Virus record (IMG/VR): IMGVR_UViG_3300044970_001619
Coordinates: 1-64,000 of that record
DNA from: an uncultured virus (IMG/VR IMGVR_UViG_3300044970_001619)
Lineage: Duplodnaviria > Heunggongvirae > Uroviricota > Caudoviricetes
Length of the DNA stretch: 64,000 nucleotides
Direction: 5' to 3' (one strand)
Part shown: in pieces, positions 24,328 to 33,515 of the stretch
Layout of the letters: the number at the start of each line of letters is the position of its first letter
Numbering within the stretch: the first letter of the stretch is position 1
Notes under the pieces: model-generated
What the model saw: only the letters and a program-made list of their open reading frames with translations
Told to the model about the DNA's origin: nothing
Databases searched by the model: none
Made by a program: the position numbers and the translations under genes

Positions 24328-24924
24328 TTATTGTTCCAATTTTTTAACTGTCCATCCCTTGTGTGTTTTATTTTTTCCACGCCCAACTCTATTCATAGCA
24401 CTCCTATCCAAATGTGGATATTTTTTACAAAACTCATTCATACTATCAATTATCAATTCAGTCCCATCCTTATGTTTTAAGTAATACTTGATAAGTTTTC
24501 TGGAATTTTTCATCTTTAACAAAGTTTCTGGAGTTCTTTTATATTTTCCAGCATCTCGTCTTTTATTTGCTTCACTTATTTTTTTTCTATGTTCTTCTGT
24601 AAGATTTTTACCAGAGTGTATCCTACTTAAAAGCATTTTTTGCTCCTCACTCATAATATAACCAGAAGGTCCATCTCCACCACCAGTTTTGTTTCTTAAA
24701 ATACCAGTCCCTAAATCCTTTCTACCAAACACGGAAATCATATACTTTTCGTGCTTAAATGCCTCTTTTTCAGTTAGATTTTGTTTTAATTTAATTATTT
24801 TACCTTTATTTTTTGGTGGATAAACTTCACCCTTTCCTTTTTTATACATTCTATTACCCTTCCCCTTACCAATATAATAAGGTGTGCCATCTTCACGCAA
24901 ATAAGCGTAAGTGTAGTATTCCAT
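24328..24924 (-). CDS. GIY-YIG homing endonuclease with NUMOD3 repeats
   Basis: YYTYAYLREDGTPYYIGKG...R...E...LRNKTGGGDG; LTEEHRKKISEA; start placed after the TATAAATA promoter. Confidence 0.88.
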   Translation of the reverse strand: MEYYTYAYLREDGTPYYIGKGKGNRMYKKGKGEVYPPKNKGKIIKLKQNLTEKEAFKHEKYMISVFGRKDLGTGILRNKTGGGDGPSGYIMSEEQKMLLSRIHSGKNLTEEHRKKISEANKRRDAGKYKRTPETLLKMKNSRKLIKYYLKHKDGTELIIDSMNEFCKKYPHLDRSAMNRVGRGKNKTHKGWTVKKLEQ

Positions 24925-25017
24925 CTGCTTTTTGTTTGTGGTAATAGTATTTATACAAGAAAAGGAGCATTTCTGCTCCCACTCTTTGCTTCTGAATAAC
25001 CACAAACAAAAGCAATA

Positions 25018-25176
25018 TTATTTATTGGCAAGATAATCTTGAATCGCTTGCTCAATAATAATCTGCACCTCTTTACTAGTAAGATTATTCATAAACTTCC
25101 ATTTGGGATCATCTGGAGACCAATCTACTGTATAAGACCCATCTTCATTTTGAGTGATTTTTAGAGTATCTTCCAT
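25018..25176 (-). CDS. small hypothetical protein (52 aa)
   Basis: hand-translated MEDTLKITQNEDGSYTVDWSPDDPKWKFMNNLTSKEVQIIIEQAIQDYLANK. Confidence 0.65.
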   Translation of the reverse strand: MEDTLKITQNEDGSYTVDWSPDDPKWKFMNNLTSKEVQIIIEQAIQDYLANK

Positions 25177-25376
25177 CACATATCAATATGAATATCAGAT
25201 TCCCAAGATTTCTTTTCAACTTTACGAAGTTTCTTAAGTTCTTTAAAGAGGATACGAATTTGTTGATAAGCATCCTCTGGTGAGATTTTATCTGCAATTT
25301 CAAGTCCTGCAATGAGTCCAACTTTATCACCAAATCGTGCGAGTGCCCGTTCATATTCTGTGAGGTCATTGTACAT
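25176..25376 (-). CDS. conserved hypothetical protein
   Basis: 66 aa; LARFGDKVGLIAGLEIADKISPEDAYQQI. Confidence 0.7.
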   Translation of the reverse strand: MYNDLTEYERALARFGDKVGLIAGLEIADKISPEDAYQQIRILFKELKKLRKVEKKSWESDIHIDM

Positions 25377-25666
25377 CAGAGATTCTCCTCTTGCTCTGTT
25401 TCAATCACACAATCGCTCAGAGGATATGCAACACAAAGCATAGAGAACCCCTCATTCATTTGGTCATCATCAAGGAAGGATTGTTCGGAATTATCCACTT
25501 CACCTTCCACAACTTTACCAACGCAAGCAGAGCAAGCACCAGCACGGCAGGACGAAGGAAGGTCGATGCCTGCGTATTCGGCAGCATCAAGAATGTATTG
25601 GTCTTCGGGGCATTGAATAGTTTGTTCGGTTCCGTCAGCGGAACGGAGAGTTACATTAAAAGTCAT
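25376..25666 (-). CDS. petF: plant-type [2Fe-2S] ferredoxin
   Basis: [24 protein letters not shown]...[12 protein letters not shown]...LCVAYP.SDC. Confidence 0.96.
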   Translation of the reverse strand: MTFNVTLRSADGTEQTIQCPEDQYILDAAEYAGIDLPSSCRAGACSACVGKVVEGEVDNSEQSFLDDDQMNEGFSMLCVAYPLSDCVIETEQEENL

Positions 25667-25890
25667 TTGTCTAGAGTATAATTACTTAAATTGTAGGTTA
25701 CTGGATGAATATTGTCAATCTTTGCTTGTAATCTGTGTTCAACCTCATACAACGAATTTGTCAATTCTATATTTTCTTCTTTTAGTTTGTTGACTTCATT
25801 TTCAAGTTGAGTTAAACGTTCATAAACATCATCCATAGGAGTATTCTGTTTAAGACCCCATTTTTTATTAAACCAATAAGAATCACTCAT
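25663..25890 (-). CDS. coiled-coil hypothetical protein
   Basis: 75 aa, coupled. Confidence 0.65.
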   Translation of the reverse strand: MSDSYWFNKKWGLKQNTPMDDVYERLTQLENEVNKLKEENIELTNSLYEVEHRLQAKIDNIHPVTYNLSNYTLDK

Positions 25891-26099
25891 ATTACTCCTA
25901 TTTCTTTAAGATATGCTTGATACCTCATAAACCCACCAACTCTTACTGGTCTTCCCAAACTGTTACAACATTCAATGTAACTATTAAATTCAAACCACGG
26001 TGTTGTTGGGTCTAATTGGGGGAATTGGCTCTTTTGTGTGTAGTTGTTTAATGAACTTAGAAAGTTCTGCAGTTTCGTTCCATTCCCAAATTGTTCCAT
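25887..26099 (-). CDS. hypothetical protein
   Basis: 70 aa. Confidence 0.55.
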   Translation of the reverse strand: MEQFGNGTKLQNFLSSLNNYTQKSQFPQLDPTTPWFEFNSYIECCNSLGRPVRVGGFMRYQAYLKEIGVI

Positions 26100-26123
26100 C
26101 TTTTTGCGTATAAGTTCTTTTAG

Positions 26124-26333
26124 TCATATTTTCCTAAAGCAGACACTATTAAAATTACCACAAACCCCCCTTAAAGTCAATTTTGTATGTTGAGAACGAA
26201 CGTTGACTTTTTCTACGTAATACACAGTATTTTCAAATAAGATTTTTCTTGGATCATCATTGGTCCCCCAATTAATTTGTTCTTGAGTACAACCAATGTA
26301 AATTACTTTATCTCCATGTTTAAAGTTTTCCAC
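26124..26333 (-). CDS. hypothetical protein
   Basis: 69 aa; GDKVIYIGC...WG..DDPR...FNSVCF. Confidence 0.65.
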   Translation of the reverse strand: MENFKHGDKVIYIGCTQEQINWGTNDDPRKILFENTVYYVEKVNVRSQHTKLTLRGVCGNFNSVCFRKI

Positions 26334-26571
26334 CTACTGTGCCCTCGTAGGAAACTCCTACATCATTTAGGATACCTTCTTGTTTCCACTTCAAGTATTG
26401 TCTTGTTGCCCTAACACAATTATCTTCAGTCAATGAAGTAATAATTGGTCTGCCATCTTTATCGTAACTGTCCCAAGTTCCCCATTTCATTTGCTTTACA
26501 TAAAAGCAATCATCATAAAGTTGTTCCACTTTTAACTTCATCAACTTGAATATAAATTTCTGTGCTGTCAT
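26320..26571 (-). CDS. hypothetical protein (start uncertain)
   Basis: ends YEGTVGGKL. Confidence 0.6.
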   Translation of the reverse strand: MTAQKFIFKLMKLKVEQLYDDCFYVKQMKWGTWDSYDKDGRPIITSLTEDNCVRATRQYLKWKQEGILNDVGVSYEGTVGGKL

Positions 26572-26719
26572 TCCAATGACGAATTACACCAGCACATATG
26601 AATAAATTAGTAATCAAATAGGTTGCGAACAGAATTGTTCTAATTAGTGCAATCTTATCTGCCTCTTTATTGTTTTTTCCTACTTTTTCTCCCAGTGCCT
26701 TGCACCACAGTCTCCACAT
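26513..26719 (-). CDS. small membrane protein
   Basis: MWRLWCKALGEK...ADKIALIRT followed by a TM segment. Confidence 0.65.
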   Translation of the reverse strand: MWRLWCKALGEKVGKNNKEADKIALIRTILFATYLITNLFICAGVIRHWNDSTEIYIQVDEVKSGTTL

Positions 26720-26915
26720 TTGTTCCAGGTTTAATGAATAGTTGATAATCTTTTTGTTTGAAATTGCACTTAGAGATGTATTTCTCTGCGTGATTCATAT
26801 TTTGAAAATAACACTTTTTAGTGTCTTTCAATTCTTTTCCATCTTTATGTATAACAAGAATAGGAAACTGTATATGAGGAAAATCTGGTTTTGTTTCTTC
26901 TTTTTTGGATGCCAT
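26667..26915 (-). CDS. hypothetical protein
   Basis: 82 aa. Confidence 0.6.
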   Translation of the reverse strand: MASKKEETKPDFPHIQFPILVIHKDGKELKDTKKCYFQNMNHAEKYISKCNFKQKDYQLFIKPGTNVETVVQGTGRKSRKKQ

Positions 26916-27107
26916 TAGAGTGTATGAATAACAAGGTTTTCTGTGTTTTGTTGTTCTTCTTTTTGCTCTTTGTTTTCTGCTTCTCGTTGTGCTGCGATTT
27001 CCAACATTTCTTCGTGGGTGGGATGTTCCTCGGTCATAGATGCTCCTGTGTTCTCTCCATATTATAACACCCTTCCCCGTTCTTGGGAAAGGGTGAAGGA
27101 CACTTAA

Positions 27108-27338
27108 TTAGGTGTCTGTTTCATAATCTTCTTGATAATACCCACTTACAACTCTATCATCCCAAGCAGTCGGCAACTGGTGCTCTCGTGCTTTCATATG
27201 ATTCAATCCAGAAACTGGAAGACCCTCCAAGTCTTCTTCGTGTAAGATTCCATCCAACTGTTTAATTTCGTTGAAGGTATGTGGAAAACGAAGTGCTCCC
27301 CTATGCATTCCTTCAAGATTGCGATGAGTTCTAGCCAT
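27108..27338 (-). CDS. hypothetical protein (LPxxWDD motif)
   Basis: start MARTHRN. Confidence 0.6.
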   Translation of the reverse strand: MARTHRNLEGMHRGALRFPHTFNEIKQLDGILHEEDLEGLPVSGLNHMKAREHQLPTAWDDRVVSGYYQEDYETDT

Positions 27339-27370
27339 AATGTGTGCGAATAAACACAATACTAATTATA

Positions 27371-27601
27371 TCACTTCTTGAATTCTTTTTCAAGTTCCTT
27401 CGCAAGTCTTAATGCACGACGCCATATTAGGTACTTCACAATTGGATTTGCAGGATTATGGAGTATCCACCACTTTGTTTTTTCGTATTGGAACTTTACA
27501 ATTTTAGATACTAATACAACAGCATAAGCAACACTATCATCTGTTGCTATCAAGTATCCAACAAACATAAAAATTCCAAACCAAAAATAGTAGGAAGTCA
27601 T
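27371..27601 (-). CDS. small membrane protein
   Basis: 76 aa. Confidence 0.65.
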   Translation of the reverse strand: MTSYYFWFGIFMFVGYLIATDDSVAYAVVLVSKIVKFQYEKTKWWILHNPANPIVKYLIWRRALRLAKELEKEFKK

Positions 27602-27861
27602 TCAGTAAAACCAAGATTATAATCACTAGTATCTATAATCCTCCAATCAAGGTAAAGTTCATTTAGATAATCAAGCAAAGCATCTTCACCTTCAGGAAGA
27701 ACTTCATCTTCATCCAATTCAAAACTTGCTTCACAAAGTGCTGGACCATATTCTGGTGGGTCATAAAGAGTCGGAGGATATACTTCCACCATATCTTCCA
27801 CAATACCACGAACATAGATGTGATTTTCGTTTTGTTGAAAGGTTTCAATTGCACTAATCAT
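27598..27861 (-). CDS. acidic hypothetical protein
   Basis: 87 aa; PPTLYDPPEYGPALC. Confidence 0.65.
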   Translation of the reverse strand: MISAIETFQQNENHIYVRGIVEDMVEVYPPTLYDPPEYGPALCEASFELDEDEVLPEGEDALLDYLNELYLDWRIIDTSDYNLGFTE

Positions 27862-28049
27862 TTTTTTCTACGAGTTTCCTTTTGAATGAATTTCTTTGCG
27901 GTTTCAAGGGAATGATGAACACATATTTGTTGTCCATTATAAATGGAGATATACTTATTTTTGTGCCAGGGCACTGCTGCCCACATTCTATCTGAACTAA
28001 TGTACCCATCAATTTGTGATTCTTCCATTTTATCTAGAATAGTCATCAA
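27858..28049 (-). CDS. hypothetical protein
   Basis: 63 aa. Confidence 0.55.
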   Translation of the reverse strand: MMTILDKMEESQIDGYISSDRMWAAVPWHKNKYISIYNGQQICVHHSLETAKKFIQKETRRKK

Positions 28050-28365
28050 AATCTACATCTGGATGAAGATACTCTATGTAATCTTCAAAATCAACTCCCA
28101 AATAATTAGCAAAATTTTCAAGCTCTTCAATATGTTCTTTTTTGATAATTTGTTCCATATTTTGAATCATAAGACCTCATATCAACCGTACTTAGAAATC
28201 ATTTGATCCAACCTATCCTCTCTATATTCTTCCTCTTGAGTGTCTTCAGTTGTATCTTGAAATTCTTCGTAAATTGTGTCCGAATCTTTTTCCAAAAAAA
28301 TTGAAGTCATAGAAAATCAATAGGGGTAGAGGACTTGTTCTTATATATCAAAGAAAAGGGGAGTT

Positions 28366-29499
28366 TCACCCCTCTTCTGTTTTATTTTGCTGAAATTCAG
28401 CATCAATCTTGTCGTAAAGTTCAACAAAGGTACTTTTAGTCTCATCATCAAAACGATTCAGACAAACTTTTAGTGCTTTGTCTTTCTTACCAAAGATAGA
28501 ATATGCTTTGATAATATGAACCAGACGACGAGTAGAAATTACTTCATCAATACCACCATCAGTAAAGGTCTTACGAATAATCTCAGACCAAGTACAGAGA
28601 TGCTTGATGAAATCAGTATGCTCACCAATCATAGGAATGTTAAGTGATTCTGCCACCTTTGTCAAAATTTTGGTTTCCGTTGCAAGAGTAGGATAATCCT
28701 GCTCAAAGGTAATTGGGAATCGTTCTAGAAATGCCTCATTGAGAACATTGGTGCCAATGAAACGTCCATCATCAGAACCCTTACCTTTGGTATTTGCAGT
28801 TGCAATCACATTGAATCCTGCTTTAGGAACAACGTGCTTACCAATTTTCTTCAGAAAGACACCTTTGCCTTCCAGGACAGATTGCAGACACATAATCTTA
28901 TTAGATGCCAGGTCAATCTCATCAAGCAGAAGAATTGCACCACGTTCCATTGCTTCCACAACAGGACCATTGTGCCACACGGTTTCCCCATTGACGAGTC
29001 GGAAACCACCAATCAGGTCATCCTCATCAGTCTCAATCGTGATATTAACACGAATAAGTTCTCGTTTCAGTTGGGCACAAGATTGCTCAACACCAAAAGT
29101 TTTACCATTACCAGAAAGCCCAGTGATGAAAGCAGGATAGAATAGACCAGACTGAATAACTTTCTTAATATCAGAGAAATTACCAAAGCTGACGAAGGTA
29201 TCATCTTTTTTAGGAATAAGATTTTGAACAACAGAATTCATAGTTGCCACACCAGGAACCGTATCGGAACCTTCTGCAGCAGGAGAGTTGTAAGTTTCTT
29301 CAAGTTCTTGCACAGTTGCCTCCAGATTCCATTTACCACGACCAGTCTTGTATTGATTCAGATACTTAGAAAGAGTCGCATACGAAGTGCCCAGTTCTGC
29401 TGCCACTTCTTTTACAGCATCGACACCAAACTCGGTGCCAAACTTTTCTTTCAGAATAGAGATTGCTTGGTCAGTCATAATGTTAGATTTTGTAGGCAT
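28366..29499 (-). CDS. cobS: CobS-like / MoxR-family AAA+ ATPase
   Basis: Walker A GLSGNGKT, Walker B LLLDEID, ATANTKGKG, NEAFLERF; palindrome promoter upstream at 29522-29578. Confidence 0.9.
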   Translation of the reverse strand: MPTKSNIMTDQAISILKEKFGTEFGVDAVKEVAAELGTSYATLSKYLNQYKTGRGKWNLEATVQELEETYNSPAAEGSDTVPGVATMNSVVQNLIPKKDDTFVSFGNFSDIKKVIQSGLFYPAFITGLSGNGKTFGVEQSCAQLKRELIRVNITIETDEDDLIGGFRLVNGETVWHNGPVVEAMERGAILLLDEIDLASNKIMCLQSVLEGKGVFLKKIGKHVVPKAGFNVIATANTKGKGSDDGRFIGTNVLNEAFLERFPITFEQDYPTLATETKILTKVAESLNIPMIGEHTDFIKHLCTWSEIIRKTFTDGGIDEVISTRRLVHIIKAYSIFGKKDKALKVCLNRFDDETKSTFVELYDKIDAEFQQNKTEEG

Positions 29500-29578
29500 C
29501 GGTTTGTTTGATTACTTCGTAATCATAGCACAAAAAAAGGTGCCTCTGGGACACCTTGGGACAGTTTGGGGAGTGGTC

Positions 29579-30406
29579 TCAACCCATATAACTACCATCT
29601 CTATTATATCCATTATTATATGACTTATGAACCCTAGAACTTTGTGCTAAAATTGAAGATTCTTTTTCTCCAGTTTTATCACCTTTTATTTTTTTCATAC
29701 CTCGTATTTCTCTATGCTTTTTATGTCTTTCTTTGGTGGATTTGGATTTAGATAATGTATTTGTTTCAAAGTTTCTTTCATTTCTAATTTTTTTCTTTTC
29801 TTGACCTTTTAGTCCAGAATCAACCATTGCTTCACAAATACTATCTCTCCAATCTTCACTCATATTCACCATGATTGCTTCTGCTGCTTCTTGAGTTTCA
29901 GCATACCCTTCATCAAGAAGGTGTGAGAGGATGATGTCGTAGAGGTCTACTTGTTCAGGAAGTCCTTTTTCCCCACCAACTTTACCCCAATGTTTGGGTT
30001 TACGTACTCCACCAATCGTTGGACTATCTCTTTCGGATTTATTAAGAATCAACTCATTCTTAAATGCTTTTTGAGCATTTTTAGGCATTTTTCCTGCTTT
30101 TGTAGTCTTAAACTTTCTATTTGGTTGAATTCTTGGTTCAGGTCTTCCATATCTTCTTCCTGTGCTTTGAACATATCCATGTTCATCTGCGTGTTTTGCA
30201 GTTTCAGGTCCATATCTTCTTTCAATATGTGATCTAATTTTTGCTTCTCGTTCAAAATCATCTTCATCCGCATAATCATCACCCGCAGTAGCATATGCTC
30301 TACCATATGCTTTTATAAATGCCTTTTTGAGTCCTTCATCAAGTTGCTGTTCTTGATAAACTTCCAAATATGCTTCATGAAGATTGCGAATGTCTTTAGC
30401 GTCCAT
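29579..30406 (-). CDS. basic late protein with HLxDEGYA...MSExW domain (probable virion internal protein)
   Basis: DLYDIILSHLLDEGYAETQEAAEAIMVNMSEDW; TATAAATA at 30426-30433. Confidence 0.75.
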   Translation of the reverse strand: MDAKDIRNLHEAYLEVYQEQQLDEGLKKAFIKAYGRAYATAGDDYADEDDFEREAKIRSHIERRYGPETAKHADEHGYVQSTGRRYGRPEPRIQPNRKFKTTKAGKMPKNAQKAFKNELILNKSERDSPTIGGVRKPKHWGKVGGEKGLPEQVDLYDIILSHLLDEGYAETQEAAEAIMVNMSEDWRDSICEAMVDSGLKGQEKKKIRNERNFETNTLSKSKSTKERHKKHREIRGMKKIKGDKTGEKESSILAQSSRVHKSYNNGYNRDGSYMG

Positions 30407-30464
30407 TTTACAAATACTTTTTAGTTATTTATAAGAGGGGAGTATTAAATACTCCCCCAGGTGG

Positions 30465-32654
30465 TCAGGCAACTAGAGTAATAAAATTGCTGAGCAGTTT
30501 CTTGTTAGTTTTCTTCTTACCCAACATCCTCACAAATGATGATTTAATCTGGGACTTTGTTGCATTCTCAGGAACAGAGAACTCTTCATCTTGAGCAAGA
30601 GAAGATGCAAGAACCACATTGAATTGGTCAAACCCAGTGTTTTGAAATTGAACACAACCTTCCTTACGATAATCAGTTTTGATTTTTTCGTATTCCGAAG
30701 ACTGACCCCCACCATACCAACGATAACAGTTTGAAAAATCACGACTAGGGGTGATACGGAAGTTAATCACATTCACCATAGGGAACTTATCTTTGACTGT
30801 TTGAAGAAGAACTTTAGCATACAAAGGGAAGTTATCGTAATTCAAAGGTTGATAGATTCTACCAGTCTTACGATCACGAATTGAAGTCCGAGAGTGTTTG
30901 GTATGACCAATTCTGGTTGTACCATCTCCAAGTTTTCTTTCAGTTGTCACTGAATTCTGATACCCTTCCCCGTCAGTCAGAAAGATGACATTGACCTTTT
31001 GTAGTTTATTCTTTGCCTGGAAATCAGGAATCAAAGAGTGTAGTGCCATCAGAGATTCACCAATAGGAGAACCAGAAAGGTCAAGATGACGAGGAACAGA
31101 ACCCATTTTCTTTTGAAAGAAGTAACAAGCAACCCAAATATTTTTCAGTTGTTCTTCAAGAACACGAGTATTTGTTTTGCTGGTGAAGAAGTTCATCAAA
31201 CGGAAAGAATTCTCAGGTGATAGAACATTTGCAACCCTTTCATAGACAGGAGGATGATTTGGTTGAAGTTCTGCATAAGAATGACAATCAAGAGTAAAAG
31301 CATAAACCTCAAAAGGAATATTCACCTTACGGCAGAACCAAATGAGATTTAGAAGTTGCTTGTATGCATCCAGAATGAATTCACCCATTGAACCAGACCA
31401 GTCAAGAATGAAGATAAGACCGTGATTCTTGCCATCAGGGACTACAGAAACTTTCTTAAACAGGTCTTCGTTAAACTTGTAAGTATGAAGTTTCTGTGTA
31501 TCAAGAACACCAGTTCTAGCAACACTAGAACGAGCATACTGGTCAGCAGACTTCTTGCACTCAAACTCCTTTACCAGATAAGAAACTTCTTTCTCTGCTG
31601 ATTTCTTGTAGGTATTATATTCCTTACAAGCAAGGTCATAAGCATCACGAACCCAAGAACCAACACTTGCGTAATGCTCTTTTGCTTTATAATGAATATA
31701 ATTATTGGGAATAATCATTGTCTCAAGATTCATCTTAGGAAGTTCCACATAATGAGTTTCTTGAGCATACTTATCCACCAAATCTTTAGACTTTTCATCA
31801 AAAGAACGAGAAGTTTTAGATGACAGTTCATCTTCAAGAGTTTTTCCGTGCTTATCACTTGGGTCTTGCCCGAATCCACCACCCTCTGGTGCTTCAATAG
31901 ACTTGGACATTTCTTCACCGAAAGATTCACCTTCAGATTGAGACTGTCCCTGTGAGTCTTGATCCAATTCAGTTTTGTTCTTTCCGTTAGAATTATCACC
32001 ATCTTCAGATGAAGACGTTTGTTGAGGAGTTTCTACTTCTTCCCCACCAGGACCAGACATTTCTTCACTACCACCAGGAGTGGGCATATTGCTGATTTTT
32101 TGCCTTTTGTATTTTACAAACTCAACAATATCACGGGAAAGTTGCAGAACTTCATCAAAGGTTTCCGTCAATGAAGCACGAGTCAGAAACTCATTTTCTT
32201 CATCATTGAAGGCAATGTTGTGAAATGCACCAATCTTGAAGTAGAGATTAATTCGGTCAATAAAACTCAAATCATCCAGTTTCTCATCTTTGGTGGAGAA
32301 GAAATCATCGTTGTTGAGTTCATTATAACCATTATAGAAAGTCCTAGACAGACCAGGATACTTCTTCTTCATCAGACGTTCTACACGAACATCTTCCAGA
32401 ACATTTACGAAGTCTTTGGGCACTTCTGGGTAATCTTTTGTCCAGTCAATATTATCGGTATGCAAACTATGGCCCACTTCGTGGGCAACCAAAAGTGTAT
32501 ATACCGTATCACTTGCTTTGTCCCAAGTCGGTAAAGTCAATACCCTACGTTCAACATCAAACATAGCAGTTGGAACTTTTTTATGCTCAATGATAATATT
32601 TTCCATCGCAAGGCATTTAGCCAGCATTCCTTTAACTTCTAGATTTACCGACAT
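30465..32654 (-). CDS. HExxH metallopeptidase-like plus vWA (MIDAS) protein, CobT-like partner of the AAA ATPase
   Basis: AHEVGH, NVLEDVRVE, acidic linker, LDWSGSM, FLTDGE; palindrome promoter upstream at 32680-32737. Confidence 0.88.
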   Translation of the reverse strand: MSVNLEVKGMLAKCLAMENIIIEHKKVPTAMFDVERRVLTLPTWDKASDTVYTLLVAHEVGHSLHTDNIDWTKDYPEVPKDFVNVLEDVRVERLMKKKYPGLSRTFYNGYNELNNDDFFSTKDEKLDDLSFIDRINLYFKIGAFHNIAFNDEENEFLTRASLTETFDEVLQLSRDIVEFVKYKRQKISNMPTPGGSEEMSGPGGEEVETPQQTSSSEDGDNSNGKNKTELDQDSQGQSQSEGESFGEEMSKSIEAPEGGGFGQDPSDKHGKTLEDELSSKTSRSFDEKSKDLVDKYAQETHYVELPKMNLETMIIPNNYIHYKAKEHYASVGSWVRDAYDLACKEYNTYKKSAEKEVSYLVKEFECKKSADQYARSSVARTGVLDTQKLHTYKFNEDLFKKVSVVPDGKNHGLIFILDWSGSMGEFILDAYKQLLNLIWFCRKVNIPFEVYAFTLDCHSYAELQPNHPPVYERVANVLSPENSFRLMNFFTSKTNTRVLEEQLKNIWVACYFFQKKMGSVPRHLDLSGSPIGESLMALHSLIPDFQAKNKLQKVNVIFLTDGEGYQNSVTTERKLGDGTTRIGHTKHSRTSIRDRKTGRIYQPLNYDNFPLYAKVLLQTVKDKFPMVNVINFRITPSRDFSNCYRWYGGGQSSEYEKIKTDYRKEGCVQFQNTGFDQFNVVLASSLAQDEEFSVPENATKSQIKSSFVRMLGKKKTNKKLLSNFITLVA

Positions 32655-32692
32655 CTGGTTTGCTTTTGACTACTCCGTAATCATACCAGAGA

Positions 32693-33388
32693 CTACTGCT
32701 CTTGGGATTCCCGAATGGACACTTGGAAAAGTGGTCCAGGTCTTCCTTGAACCCAACCATCACCAGGACATTCATAACATAACTTTGTTTTATCTCCATT
32801 ATTCCACCACTTTCTTCCTTTTCTTTTTTGACTTTGTTTCATTTTTGTTTCATCACTAACAATTTTCCCCAAATTGGTTCTTCTTGACTTTTCAGCAAAA
32901 TCTTTTGTTTTGTATTTCTCACTTTTAGAATTAAATAATCTACCAAGAACCCATCCATCACCAGGACATTCAATAGTATGCTTGTCTATTTCTCCATTAT
33001 TCCACCATCTCCTTTGAGATACTTGTTGCGAAACCTTTTTCTTATGTTCTTCGGTAAGAGTTTTCCCTATATTTGCTTGTTTAGTTCTTTCAATACAATA
33101 TTCACTAGGTTTTCTTCCAGAACTTCCTTCTCCACCATAAGACATATTAATCAATAAACCACCTTCACTTTTTAAACCCAAAATAGTGATAATATAATTT
33201 TCGTGCTTATATGCATCAAACTCCGTTAGATTTTTCTTTAAAAATATTATTCTATCTTTTGGTGGAGAAGGCATATATTTATTGCCTCTTTTATGAGAAC
33301 GATATGCTCTATTACCAATACCTTTACCAACATAGTAAGGGGTCTTATCTTCTCTTAACCAAGCATAAGTATAATAAGTATTTTTCAT
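32693..33388 (-). CDS. GIY-YIG homing endonuclease with NUMOD3 and WWNNG repeats
   Basis: YYTYAWLREDKTPYYVGKG; two WWNNG...ECPGDGWV.GR repeats; TATAAATA at 33412-33419. Confidence 0.88.
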   Translation of the reverse strand: MKNTYYTYAWLREDKTPYYVGKGIGNRAYRSHKRGNKYMPSPPKDRIIFLKKNLTEFDAYKHENYIITILGLKSEGGLLINMSYGGEGSSGRKPSEYCIERTKQANIGKTLTEEHKKKVSQQVSQRRWWNNGEIDKHTIECPGDGWVLGRLFNSKSEKYKTKDFAEKSRRTNLGKIVSDETKMKQSQKRKGRKWWNNGDKTKLCYECPGDGWVQGRPGPLFQVSIRESQEQ

Positions 33389-33418
33389 CAGGGACACACA
33401 CTATACACTATTATTTAT

Positions 33419-33515
33419 AAAAAAAAGGGGTCAGAGACCCCCGTTGTTCCACCTTGAAATCCGTCCCCACCACAGGACGGGTCTTGCAACTCAAAGCTAC
33501 GAAGTTGCGAAGACC
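33419..33515 (-). ncRNA. candidate stand-alone sRNA (about 95 nt)
   Basis: TTGACA-17-TATGAT promoter (33521-33549), two hairpins, GGGGTC-TCT-GACCCC-T8 terminator. Confidence 0.6.

Noticed and set aside
28366..29499. Cobalamin biosynthesis role for the cobS-like gene
   Set aside because: No cobN or other cob genes in the window; a generic MoxR/vWA pair explains it.
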